50,374 nt of DNA. Origin: Chitinophaga sp. (GTDB lineage Bacteria; Bacteroidota; Bacteroidia; Chitinophagales; Chitinophagaceae). Shown in pieces: positions 20,091-28,959 of the stretch. Position 1 is the first letter of the stretch. Every line of letters begins with the position of its first letter. A program made the position numbers and the translations under genes. The stretch is from contig NZ_DATCRF010000365.1 of assembly GCF_036569125.1 (NCBI RefSeq), positions 1 through 50,374 of the forward strand, in the 5' to 3' direction. The notes under the pieces were generated by a model. It was not told the DNA's origin. It worked only from the letters and a program-made list of their open reading frames with translations, and did not search any database.

Positions 20091-22386
20091 AAAGCTTCGA
20101 ATCCGGCCTATCCTCGGTCTTCTTCCCAAACTCATAGTTCGGCTTATCACCCATCTTAACTACCAGCGTGCCGCCTTTCACAATATCAGCATGCTTAATA
20201 TAGCTTTTCGTATAAGGCTTACCGTTCAGGGTAATGCTTTGAATATACTTGTTAGCAGCGCTGTTGTTCAGCGTTTGCACAGTAAAGGTTTTGCCGCCCT
20301 GCAGCTTCAGGCTGGCCTTATCAAATACCGGGCTGCCAAAAACATAAATACCCTTAGCCGGGTTTACAGGATAAAACCCAACAGAAGATAATACATACCA
20401 GGACGACATAGCGCCTACATCCTCATTACCTGCCAGGCCATCCGGTTTGGTGGTATAGAACTCCTGCATCACCTGCCGTACTTTTTCAGCTGTTTTCCAC
20501 TGGTTGCCGGCATAGGTGTACATATAGGTAACATGGTGGCTGGGCTCATTACCATGCGCATACATGCCTATGAGGCCGGATATGTCACTGGAAGCCTCTT
20601 TACCCATATCGCCTTTGGCCTCAAACAGGCTGTCCAGCTTTTTGGTAAAAGGTGCGTCGCCGCCCATTAAGCTGATCAGGCCTTCCACATCCTGCGGTAC
20701 CAGCCAGGTATACTGCCAGCCGTTACCTTCGGTGAAGTCGCCCTTTTCATGTTTGGACTGGAAAGGATCATACGGCGTTTTAAAGCTGCCGTCGCTCATA
20801 CGCGGACGTACAAATTTGATGGTGCTGTCAAAATAGTTCTTGTAATAAGCAGCACGTTTGGCGTAGGTATTATAATCATCCGTTTTACCCATTTTCTTGG
20901 CCATAGCAGCAATACACCAATCGTCAATAGCATATTCCATGGCTTTGGATACGGATTCATATTCTTTGTCGGAAGGAATGTAACCGCGCTCTTTCACGTA
21001 GTTCACGCCCAGGTCGTCGCGGGTAGAGGATACTTTCATGGCCGCCAGCGCAGCTTCCGCATCAAAACCTTTAAAGCCTTTCAGGTAGGCATCAGCGATC
21101 AAAGGCACGGCATGGTAACCCACCATACAGTTGGTTTCACTGCCCATCAGCGGCCATATAGGCAGCTTACCCTGTTGCTGGTAAATAGCCAGCAGGGAGT
21201 TAATAAAGCTGCTCATACGGTCCGGGTGCAGCAGGGTGCTAAGCGGCGCTGCAGAGCGGTAAGTATCCCACAGGGAAAAAGTAGTGTAGTTATCAAAGCC
21301 TGGTTTGGTGTACACTTTTTTATCCGTACCGCGGTAGCTGCCGTCATGATCGTTAAACAGGGCAGGGCCTATCATGGTATGGTACATAGCGGTGTAGAAC
21401 ACGCGCTTTTTAGCTTCATCTGCACTTTGTACATTGATCTTGGCCAGCTCCTTGTTCCACTTGTTATTAGCGCTGTTCACTACTGCAGCAAAATCCCATC
21501 CGGGAATTTCCGCGTTAATATTAGCCAGCGCATTTTCACTGCTCACAGGCGAGATGCCTACTTTCAGCATCACCTGCGCAGGCGCATTGTCAAAGGATAT
21601 AACGCCTTTCGTGTATTTGGCTTTCAGCTCCTTACCATCTTTCTTCTCATCGCCATCATACACGGCAAAATTTTTCACCGGTACATTACTCTTAATGGCA
21701 AACCACAGGCGCTGATCTTCTGACCAGCCTTTGGAAAAGCGGTAACCTTCCAGGGTGTATTCATCCTTTTGGCGGATGAATGTTTCCACGGGCGCATCCC
21801 AGCCAATACCTTCTTTCAGGTCCACAATAATGTGGGCCGGTTTGCCTTTAGGGAAAGTGTACCTGTGAAAGCCCACGCGCTCAGACGCGGTCAGCTCTAC
21901 CTGTATATCATGATCGTCCAGGTGCACGGCATAATAACCCGGCCTTGCCGTTTCACGGCTATGGGAGTAATGGGAGCCGTAACCGGTAGTGGGATTTTCC
22001 TGTGAGCCATGGCTGGTTCTTACATCGCCGGTATACGGCATTATCAGCACATCACCCAGGTCGCCAATGCCGGTGCCGCTCAGGTGTGTTTGTGAAAACC
22101 CGATCACCACACTGTCGGAATAATGGTAGCCGGAACACCAGTCCCACCCTTTAACAATATTATTCGGTCCTACCTGTACTGCGCCAAAAGGAACGCTGGC
22201 GCCTACAAAAACGTGCCCGTGTCCGCCGGAACCAATATAGGGATCTACATAAGAAAGTGGTTTGCTTTCCGGTAATTTTTGTCCCTGTATTTTCCGGGGT
22301 TGCTCTACCTGCGCTTTCACCTGCGCACCTGCCATCACCAGCCCTGAGAAGGCCAGCAGATAAGCATTCTTAAACCTCAAAGTCAT
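20089..22386 (-). CDS. GH92 alpha-mannosidase
   Basis: YVDPYIG, FSQTHLSGTG, FSLWDTYR, EGNGWQYTW, HGNEPSHH, GNEDVGAMSSWY. Start moved to the ATG at 22386. Confidence 0.95.
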   Translation of the reverse strand: MTLRFKNAYLLAFSGLVMAGAQVKAQVEQPRKIQGQKLPESKPLSYVDPYIGSGGHGHVFVGASVPFGAVQVGPNNIVKGWDWCSGYHYSDSVVIGFSQTHLSGTGIGDLGDVLIMPYTGDVRTSHGSQENPTTGYGSHYSHSRETARPGYYAVHLDDHDIQVELTASERVGFHRYTFPKGKPAHIIVDLKEGIGWDAPVETFIRQKDEYTLEGYRFSKGWSEDQRLWFAIKSNVPVKNFAVYDGDEKKDGKELKAKYTKGVISFDNAPAQVMLKVGISPVSSENALANINAEIPGWDFAAVVNSANNKWNKELAKINVQSADEAKKRVFYTAMYHTMIGPALFNDHDGSYRGTDKKVYTKPGFDNYTTFSLWDTYRSAAPLSTLLHPDRMSSFINSLLAIYQQQGKLPIWPLMGSETNCMVGYHAVPLIADAYLKGFKGFDAEAALAAMKVSSTRDDLGVNYVKERGYIPSDKEYESVSKAMEYAIDDWCIAAMAKKMGKTDDYNTYAKRAAYYKNYFDSTIKFVRPRMSDGSFKTPYDPFQSKHEKGDFTEGNGWQYTWLVPQDVEGLISLMGGDAPFTKKLDSLFEAKGDMGKEASSDISGLIGMYAHGNEPSHHVTYMYTYAGNQWKTAEKVRQVMQEFYTTKPDGLAGNEDVGAMSSWYVLSSVGFYPVNPAKGIYVFGSPVFDKASLKLQGGKTFTVQTLNNSAANKYIQSITLNGKPYTKSYIKHADIVKGGTLVVKMGDKPNYEFGKKTEDRPDSKL

Positions 22387-22513
22387 ATTAGCTGCTTTAA
22401 ACTGCCAAGATACGCGCTGTATCTTACTTTTCAAGTAGTTTTTATGTGAACGGATCTATAAAATTGCTTTTATCAGCGCTATGTCTTATTTTTCTAAACA
22501 ATCCAATACCTAC

Positions 22514-23704
22514 ATGATCAACCAATTATCCACGCATCGCATTCTTTCCATTGACGCCCTCCGTGGCATCACCATCCTGGTAATGATCTTTGTAAATGAG
22601 CTGTCCGGCGTAAGCGGCATCTCGCCCTGGATGAAACATATGCCGGCTGATGCCGATGCAATGACCTTTGTAGATGTGGTGTTCCCGGCCTTCCTGTTTA
22701 TTGTGGGCATGTCTGTTCCCTTTGCTATTAACCGCCGCCTGGCTAAAGGCGATAGTTTTGTGCAGCTGCAGCAGCATATCGGCTGGCGCACACTGGGCCT
22801 GCTGGTATTGGGGCTGTTTATGGTAAATGCAGAAGACGATTATAACGAAGCCGCAATGGGCATGTCTATTCATGTATGGTCATTGCTGTTTTATATCTGC
22901 GTGGTATTGGTGTGGAATGTATACAAGCTTTCGAAACCCACGCTGGTATATGTGTTAAAAGGTATTGGCATTGCAGGCCTGCTGGTGCTGGCATTTATTT
23001 ACCGTGGCGGAAAAGATGGTACGGAATATTTACAGCCGCACTGGTGGGGTATCCTGGGGCTCATTGGCTGGGCCTATTTATATGCCTGTATTTTTTACCA
23101 GCTGTTTAAAGGGAATGTATATGGATTGCTGGCCATGATCGGTATCTGTACGCTGTTTTATATTATAGGCCACCAGCCCGCGGTACAGCAATCCGGCTGG
23201 CGCTGGATCACCTCGCAAAGCGGCAATGCAGCGCATACTTCTATTGTATTATGCGGTATTGTGCTATCGCTGATTTTCTTTGACCAGGCCAGCAATAAGA
23301 GTGTGCAGCAGCGGTTCATACAGGCCGGTGGTTTTGCATTGATCTTACTGGTAACCGGTTATTTCCTGCGTCCGTATTTTAAGATATCCAAGATCTACGC
23401 CACTCCCACCTGGTGTTTATACAGCGCAGCTATCTGCTGCATTTTGTTCTCCTTTTTATACTGGCTTATTGACCGCAAACAAGTGAGCGGCTGGACGAAC
23501 TTTTTCCGCCCTGCCGCCGCCAATCCTTTGCTTACCTACATCATTCCTTTTGTTATCTACGCCCTTTTGCACCTGCTGGGCATTCGTTTACCGGACCTGC
23601 TGCAGCAGGGCTATCCCGGCATGTTATGGTGTATCCTGTACGCAGTGATCGTGATGGGCATTGCCAAAGGATTGAATAAAGCGGGGATAAAATTGCAGCT
23701 GTAA
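22514..23704 (+). CDS. DUF5009/NagX heparan-alpha-glucosaminide N-acetyltransferase-like membrane protein
   Basis: RILSIDALRG, TFVDVVFPAFLFIVGMS, WWGILGLIGWAY, ISKIYATPTW; multiple TM segments. Start 22481 or 22514. Confidence 0.88.
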   Translation: MINQLSTHRILSIDALRGITILVMIFVNELSGVSGISPWMKHMPADADAMTFVDVVFPAFLFIVGMSVPFAINRRLAKGDSFVQLQQHIGWRTLGLLVLGLFMVNAEDDYNEAAMGMSIHVWSLLFYICVVLVWNVYKLSKPTLVYVLKGIGIAGLLVLAFIYRGGKDGTEYLQPHWWGILGLIGWAYLYACIFYQLFKGNVYGLLAMIGICTLFYIIGHQPAVQQSGWRWITSQSGNAAHTSIVLCGIVLSLIFFDQASNKSVQQRFIQAGGFALILLVTGYFLRPYFKISKIYATPTWCLYSAAICCILFSFLYWLIDRKQVSGWTNFFRPAAANPLLTYIIPFVIYALLHLLGIRLPDLLQQGYPGMLWCILYAVIVMGIAKGLNKAGIKLQL

Positions 23705-23741
23705 TAGGCCCAAAGGAATGTAAACTCATAAATCTTAAATG

Positions 23742-23786
23742 TAAAAGTGGAATGCTTGCGATGCGGGTTGCTGCATTCCGCTTTTA
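23742..23786 (+). terminator. Putative intrinsic terminator
   Basis: taaaagtggaatgc...gcattccgctttta hairpin after the NagX-like gene. Confidence 0.55.
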
Positions 23787-23930
23787 AAGATAACGGTTGA
23801 ATAACCCCCTCCCTGTAACTTAATCTCTTCAACAAACGTTTTTTATAGCATACGAAAACACCTGCTGTGGCATCCATGCTGCCACGCGGTTATGTATTGT
23901 AACATCAAATCACATTAAAACCATTTAACC

Positions 23931-24395
23931 ATGCTGAAACCATTCGGCGTAGCATTGCTATTGCTACTCGCTTTCTCCTGTAAAAAAGACAATGATCCAA
24001 CACCTGCACATTACCGCTATTATGCAGTAGGCATGCACAGCAACGGCCAGGAAACCGGTTGGAAATGGCAGGACACCACCTTTGTAGTGGCCGTAGCTGA
24101 TACCAATACTACCCTCATTGCGGAAATCAATGCCCAATTGAAACTGCCTATAGCCCAAAGGAATAAGTTTGTGGCAGGCACGTTAGTTGCAGGAGATGGA
24201 GGGTATAACAAGAACGGATCCCATCGCTTTAAATGGCATCTTAAAGAAACCGACTGGAACCTGGTAGACGCTACCATAGAGTTATCAGACGGATTGCCAT
24301 ACACCGATGTGGATGTGAACAACAGCTACTGGATGGAGAAAGTGAAACGCTTCTCCCCCTGGTCCTCGTACATAAAGAAAGAAATTACACCATGA
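23931..24395 (+). CDS. BP74-related lipoprotein
   Basis: Lipobox FSC; GYN...WHL, IELSDG, FSPWSS pattern recalls the BP74 N-terminal domain. Confidence 0.65.
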   Translation: MLKPFGVALLLLLAFSCKKDNDPTPAHYRYYAVGMHSNGQETGWKWQDTTFVVAVADTNTTLIAEINAQLKLPIAQRNKFVAGTLVAGDGGYNKNGSHRFKWHLKETDWNLVDATIELSDGLPYTDVDVNNSYWMEKVKRFSPWSSYIKKEITP

Positions 24396-26020
24396 AAATG
24401 AAATGGCTGATCTTATTCATCCCCGCCGGCTTAATCCTGCTTCTTGCAGGATGCCGGCAGGGTACCAAAAGCAAACCGGAGATCTCAGCCCGCAATACCG
24501 CGGTGAACAAAAGCAATGCCTACAACGATCTGTTCCTGGACAGCACAGCCGTAGAGAAATTTATAGCGCAGCAAAAAATGGACGATACCACCGCGAATGC
24601 CATGCGCAGCTTTTACAACGTCCGCAATTTTGAATACGCCTGGTTCGACAGCCAGGGGCTAACTGAACAGGCGCTGGGCTTCCGCAGCCTGTACCATTAC
24701 AGCAAAGACACCAGCGGCAGCCGGCAAATGGAGGTTCGCCTGGATGAATTGATGAATGATAATGATACTACTATCACCGGCAATGAAGCAGGTATTATAA
24801 AAACAGAGCTGCAGCTCACAAAACGTTTTATACAGTTTACCCAGGAAAAGTTTGAAGACCTGAACCTTGCACAGCTGCAGCAATTCATTCCCATTCAGAA
24901 ACAACGCCTGCTGCAGCTCACGGATTCTATACTGGCTAACAACAGCCGGGAACAAAAGAGCTATGAAGCAGCCAACCCGGCATACGCCGCCATGAAAAAG
25001 CAGCTGGCGCAGTATGTACATATTGCCAAAAAAGGTGGCTGGCCGGCCATTACAGCCGATAAGAAAAAATATGCAAAAGGAGACAGCGCAGCAGCAATAC
25101 AGCTGGTAAAGAAACGGCTGCAGGCTACCGGCGAGCTGTCCGGAGCAGACAGCAGCACCTTATTTGACGATACCCTGGAAGCAGCCGTTAAAACATTTCA
25201 GCAAACGCATGGTTATACCCCCAGCGGTTTGCTTACAGATACGCTGTTGCGCGATATGAACGTACCCGTGCTGGCCCGCGTACAACAGCTGGTAATGAAT
25301 ATGGAACGCATACGCTGGGCGCCCGCTGCACCGGAAGGCCAGCTGATTATAGTGAACATACCCGAATACGTGTTGCATGTATGGGAAGGTAAAAAGAAGG
25401 TATTTGATATGCCCGTAGTAGTAGGCAAGGAAGGCAGCAGCACCACCATGTTCTACGGCGATCTGAACCAGATTGTATTTAACCCTTACTGGCATGTGCC
25501 GCGCAGTATTGTACGGAAAGAAATACTGCCACATATAGCTAAGAACAAAAATTACCTGGAAGAGAATGATATGGAGATCACCGGCGAGCGCAACGGCGTA
25601 CCTGTAGTAAGACAGCGCCCGGGTAAAAAGAATGCGCTGGGCCATGTAAAATTCCTGTTCCCCAACAGCTTTAACATCTACTTTCATGATACGCCGGTAA
25701 AAGGCCTGTTTGAAAAAGATAAACGCGCGTACAGCCACGGCTGCATACGTTTAAGCGATCCCGTTAAAATGGCTAACTACCTGTTGCAGGATATGCCCAA
25801 ATGGACACCTGAAAAAGTAGACAGCGCAATTAACAAAGGCGATAAGGAAAAATATGTAAGGCTGAAGCACTCCGTACCCGTACTGGTGACCTATTACACC
25901 GCCTGGGTAGATGAGCAGGGCGCTTTACAGTTCCGCGAGGATATTTATGGGCACGATGCGCGCCTGGCGCAAAAGATGTTTACAGACGGGCAGGGTCCGG
26001 CGCTCAGCTCCGCCAACTAA
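24392..26020 (+). CDS. YcbB/LdtD-like L,D-transpeptidase (scaffold + PG-binding + YkuD domains), lipoprotein
   Basis: AVKTFQQTHG PG-binding, NMERIRW, VNIPEY, NPYWHVP, IYFHDTP, catalytic SHGCIR; overlaps upstream stop (ATGA). Confidence 0.93.
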   Translation: MKMKWLILFIPAGLILLLAGCRQGTKSKPEISARNTAVNKSNAYNDLFLDSTAVEKFIAQQKMDDTTANAMRSFYNVRNFEYAWFDSQGLTEQALGFRSLYHYSKDTSGSRQMEVRLDELMNDNDTTITGNEAGIIKTELQLTKRFIQFTQEKFEDLNLAQLQQFIPIQKQRLLQLTDSILANNSREQKSYEAANPAYAAMKKQLAQYVHIAKKGGWPAITADKKKYAKGDSAAAIQLVKKRLQATGELSGADSSTLFDDTLEAAVKTFQQTHGYTPSGLLTDTLLRDMNVPVLARVQQLVMNMERIRWAPAAPEGQLIIVNIPEYVLHVWEGKKKVFDMPVVVGKEGSSTTMFYGDLNQIVFNPYWHVPRSIVRKEILPHIAKNKNYLEENDMEITGERNGVPVVRQRPGKKNALGHVKFLFPNSFNIYFHDTPVKGLFEKDKRAYSHGCIRLSDPVKMANYLLQDMPKWTPEKVDSAINKGDKEKYVRLKHSVPVLVTYYTAWVDEQGALQFREDIYGHDARLAQKMFTDGQGPALSSAN

Positions 26021-26098
26021 AAAAGAAAGACCCGGCGGTTATGCCAGGTCTTAATTAAATCTCTCAATAAACATAGGTAGTATAACAGGTAATGCCGC

Positions 26099-26863
26099 TT
26101 ACAGCATCGGAGTGCTCATCGCTAAAGCTTTATCCTGTTTCAGCATTTTGGAATGTGCAATATAATTTTTGTTAGCGCTGTAAATAAACAGGCAGGCGCC
26201 GCCTTTCAGCGCTTCGATCACCTCACGGTGTATCTCGTCCGGGATAGCCGGGCAGCCCAGGCTGCGGCCAATGTAACCCTGGTTATTAATAAAATCTTCA
26301 TTCACATAGCTGGCCCCGTGCATCACAATACCCCGGTGCATAGCATTATCATTAATGCCTTTTTCTGTTCCCTGCAAACGCAGGGATAAGCCGTGCTCGC
26401 CCTGGTAGGTATTATCCGTAATATAAAATCCCAAGCTGCTCTTATTGCTGTTAGTGGCATTGGAAAAGCTGGTAGCATTCAGCTTACCGGTATTTTTTCC
26501 ATGGGATACCAGTGTGTTAAACAGCAGGCGGCCGTTCTTTATATCAATAACGAATAAACGTTTCTGGGTGGAGGGAAGGCTGAAGTCCACAATAGCAATT
26601 ACACTATCATTATGCAGCCTGCCATTATTTAACAGGCGGTTAAAACCCATTATGCCATACATAAAAGCATCCTGGGAAAGCCCCATTGTACCCAGCTGTA
26701 AGCTGTCATATACCATACTTTTACTGCTGCTTGCGGCAGTAGGTACCGGCATAAACTTTGCGTTCTTACGGCTGGTAGAAGAAACATTTGCAGCAAATAG
26801 GAACGAAAAAAGTACAATTGGAATAATAAATAGCTTTGCTCTTCGCTGGATAGGTTTTCTCAT
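26099..26863 (-). CDS. Murein L,D-transpeptidase catalytic domain (YkuD_2) protein
   Basis: IVDFSLPSTQKRLFVID, VSHGKN, SSLGFY, IVMHGA, GRSLGCPA. Start moved to the ATG at 26863. Confidence 0.92.
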   Translation of the reverse strand: MRKPIQRRAKLFIIPIVLFSFLFAANVSSTSRKNAKFMPVPTAASSSKSMVYDSLQLGTMGLSQDAFMYGIMGFNRLLNNGRLHNDSVIAIVDFSLPSTQKRLFVIDIKNGRLLFNTLVSHGKNTGKLNATSFSNATNSNKSSLGFYITDNTYQGEHGLSLRLQGTEKGINDNAMHRGIVMHGASYVNEDFINNQGYIGRSLGCPAIPDEIHREVIEALKGGACLFIYSANKNYIAHSKMLKQDKALAMSTPML

Positions 26864-27107
26864 TTTCACAGTTCTCCAAATTGACACAGGCCATAAGTTT
26901 TTCCACAGGTATATGGTCCTGTTGCGGTGATTAAAAATAGTTAGGAATAGTTGTAGTGTTTTGTTTTGTATAACAAATATCGGCAAAATCTGAATAAAAT
27001 GCACGGCTGAAGTCCCTTATTTGCTGTTTTTTTAACATTTTTCAGACATTTTAAACGGTTTAATATTGCCGGGCCAGGTAGTATCTTAGCGGCCTTATCT
27101 GTTATTT

Positions 27108-27836
27108 ATGCAGGAGCATATGCCGTTTTATGAGGATCAATTAGCCGGGGCCGGGTATACGATCATCCCGGATGTGTTTGCAGCCCATGAAATAGATGCC
27201 ATTAGTGAGGTGATCAATACTGCCGATACAACATCCTCCACTTTTCGGAAGACCGCCGATCTTTTTGCCATCCGGCAATGTTTGAAAGAAATTCCTGCGC
27301 TGCAACCACTGATCTTCACAAATAGCCTTCATGAAATTATTCAGCAGCTTTTGGGAGATGACTACTTCGTAGTGAAGTCTATTTACTTTGATAAGCCGCC
27401 TCAATCTAACTGGTGGGTAGCCTGGCACCAGGACCTTACCATTTCTGTTGATCAGAAAATATCATTACCCGGTTTCAGCTCATGGACTATCAAACAACAA
27501 CAATTTGCAGTACAACCACCACTGGAAATACTGGAACACATTTACACCATCCGTATTCATTTAGATGATACGGATGCAACCAATGGTGCACTAAAAGTAA
27601 TACCCGGTTCTCATCGCAAAGGCATTTATCGCCCGGAAACAATTGACTGGAAAAATGAAAAGGAAGTGATGTGTAATGTGCCTAAAGGAGGTGTAATGCT
27701 GATGCGCCCTTTATTACTGCATGCCTCTGACAGGGCCACCAGCAATGCTAACAGGCGGGTAATGCATATAGAATTTTGCAACCGCACATTACCGGCTGGT
27801 TTACAATGGAATGAATACATCAGTCGTACACGTTAG
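27108..27836 (+). CDS. Phytanoyl-CoA dioxygenase (PhyH) family Fe(II)/2-OG oxygenase
   Basis: WHQD, RIHLDD...NGALKVIPGSH, LLHAS, RRVMHIEF. Confidence 0.9.
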   Translation: MQEHMPFYEDQLAGAGYTIIPDVFAAHEIDAISEVINTADTTSSTFRKTADLFAIRQCLKEIPALQPLIFTNSLHEIIQQLLGDDYFVVKSIYFDKPPQSNWWVAWHQDLTISVDQKISLPGFSSWTIKQQQFAVQPPLEILEHIYTIRIHLDDTDATNGALKVIPGSHRKGIYRPETIDWKNEKEVMCNVPKGGVMLMRPLLLHASDRATSNANRRVMHIEFCNRTLPAGLQWNEYISRTR

Positions 27837-27875
27837 TTATAACAGGAAAAAATTTTATGCAATTTTTTTATCAAA

Positions 27876-27911
27876 AGTTGTTTTTATCAAAAAATTAGTT
27901 TCATCTTTGCA
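27876..27911 (+). promoter_or_regulatory. Bacteroidota sigmaA-type promoter for the tRNA operon
   Basis: -7 element catctttgc (27902-27910, near the TAnnTTTG consensus) with ttg about 20 nt upstream, in an AT-rich region. Confidence 0.6.
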
Positions 27912-27939
27912 CTGTTAAAGAAAACAAAAAATAAAAAAC

Positions 27940-28032
27940 ATGTCACGCATACAGTTACATACAAACGCAAAGAAAGGCTTCGGTCCCATGGAGGATTGCA
28001 GCGTTTGCGGGGCATGTTATGCTACAGAATAG
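27940..28032 (+). CDS. Leader peptide 1 (30 aa, MSRIQLHTNAKKGFGPMEDCSVCGACYATE)
   Basis: ATG preceded by an A-rich initiation context (aaataaaaaac); 3' part is complementary to the 5' arm of the following terminator. Confidence 0.65.
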   Translation: MSRIQLHTNAKKGFGPMEDCSVCGACYATE

Positions 28033-28058
28033 TTGAAACAACGAATTCGATATAACAC

Positions 28059-28090
28059 AAGCCCCCGACGCGTCGGGGGCTTTTTATTTT
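28059..28090 (+). terminator. Attenuator terminator 1
   Basis: Perfect palindrome gcccccgacgcgtcgggggc followed by tttttatttt. Confidence 0.88.
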
Positions 28091-28105
28091 ACATAAAACA
28101 TAAAC

Positions 28106-28270
28106 ATGCAAATGCATTCACTACACATAACAGGTATACGATTTAGAGGTATGAATGATCAATGGTTATCACTCATAAGCCCTTGTCATGTGTATAGTGA
28201 TCAGCAGAAGAATGATAAACATATTGAACGCACCCCGTCAAATAAACGACCTTGGTATGATCGCACATAA
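28106..28270 (+). CDS. Leader peptide 2 (54 aa, MQMHSLHITGIRFRGMNDQWLSLISPCHVYSDQQKNDKHIERTPSNKRPWYDRT)
   Basis: A-rich initiation context (aaaacataaac-ATG), open frame filling the space between two terminators; acgacc near its end is complementary to terminator 2. Confidence 0.6.
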   Translation: MQMHSLHITGIRFRGMNDQWLSLISPCHVYSDQQKNDKHIERTPSNKRPWYDRT

Positions 28271-28288
28271 GTAACCCTGTGTGCAGTT

Positions 28289-28325
28289 AAAAAGCCCGGT
28301 CGTACTAAGCGGCCGGGCTTTTTTT
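28289..28325 (+). terminator. Attenuator terminator 2, immediately before the first tRNA
   Basis: gcccggtcg-tactaag-cggccgggc followed by T7. Confidence 0.88.
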
Positions 28326-28327
28326 AT

Positions 28328-28399
28328 GGTTCGTTGGTGTAATGGTTAACATCTCAGATTGTCGATCTGCAGCTACGGGTTCGATTCCCGTACGAACCG
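28328..28399 (+). tRNA. tRNA-Asp(GTC)
   Basis: Acceptor ggttcgt/acgaacc, anticodon loop ttGTCga, T-loop ttcgatt, discriminator G. Confidence 0.88.
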
Positions 28400-28422
28400 C
28401 TGTGCGCTTATACGAAAGTAAC

Positions 28423-28495
28423 TGGCCTGTAGCTCAATGGTAAGAGCAGTTGCCTTATACGCAGAAGGTTACTGGTTCAAACCCAGTCAGGCCAA
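28423..28495 (+). tRNA. tRNA-Ile(TAT)
   Basis: Acceptor tggcctg/caggcca, D stem gctc/gagc, loop ctTATac, T-loop ttcaaac, discriminator A; weak anticodon stem. Confidence 0.8.
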
Positions 28496-28505
28496 CAAAA
28501 CAAAT

Positions 28506-28577
28506 GGTGACTTGGCGCAATGGTAGCGCACTACGCTGATACCGTAACGGTTGATAGTTCGAATCTATCAGTCACCA
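28506..28577 (+). tRNA. tRNA-Ile(GAT)
   Basis: Acceptor ggtgact/agtcacc, loop ctGATac, T arm gatag-ttcgaat-ctatc. Confidence 0.88.
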
Positions 28578-28582
28578 CAACT

Positions 28583-28654
28583 TGCTGGATAGTGTAATGG
28601 TCAACACATCACATTTTGGCTGTGATAGTTTCAGTTCGATTCTGAATCCGGCAA
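28583..28654 (+). tRNA. tRNA-Gln(TTG)
   Basis: Acceptor tgctgga/tccggca (U1-A72), stem tcaca/tgtga, loop ttTTGgc. Confidence 0.88.
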
Positions 28655-28664
28655 CTGAATAAAT

Positions 28665-28736
28665 GGCGTCCATAGTTTAACGGCAAAACATCCGGTTGTG
28701 GGCCGGAAGTTGAGGGTTCGAATCCCCAGGGACGCC
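28665..28736 (+). tRNA. tRNA-His(GTG)
   Basis: G-1/C73 identity, stem tccgg/ccgga, loop ttGTGgg; mismatches at the acceptor/T-stem junction. Confidence 0.8.
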
Positions 28737-28746
28737 CACACAAAAT

Positions 28747-28821
28747 TGGTTCGTAACTCAATTGGTTCAGAGTACCGGTCTTTTACACCGGGAGTTGTGA
28801 GTTCGAGTCTCACCGGGCCAA
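28747..28821 (+). tRNA. tRNA-Lys(TTT)
   Basis: Acceptor tggttcg/cgggcca, stem ccggt/accgg, loop ctTTTac, T arm gtgag/ctcac. Confidence 0.88.
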
Positions 28822-28887
28822 CAATGGTGTGAGTGCTATTTATCCCTTACCACTGGTTAGGACAGTGGTGCAAGCTCACACCAGTAC

Positions 28888-28959
28888 GGACAGATAGCTT
28901 AATGGTAAAGCAGCGGCCTGTTAAGCCGCAAGATGAAAGTTCGAATCTTTCTCTGTCCG
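28888..28959 (+). tRNA. tRNA-Asn(GTT)
   Basis: Acceptor ggacaga/tctgtcc, stem gcggc/gccgc, loop ctGTTaa, discriminator G. Confidence 0.9.

Noticed and set aside
20749-21723. 324-aa plus-strand ORF
   Set aside because: Antisense shadow of GH92.
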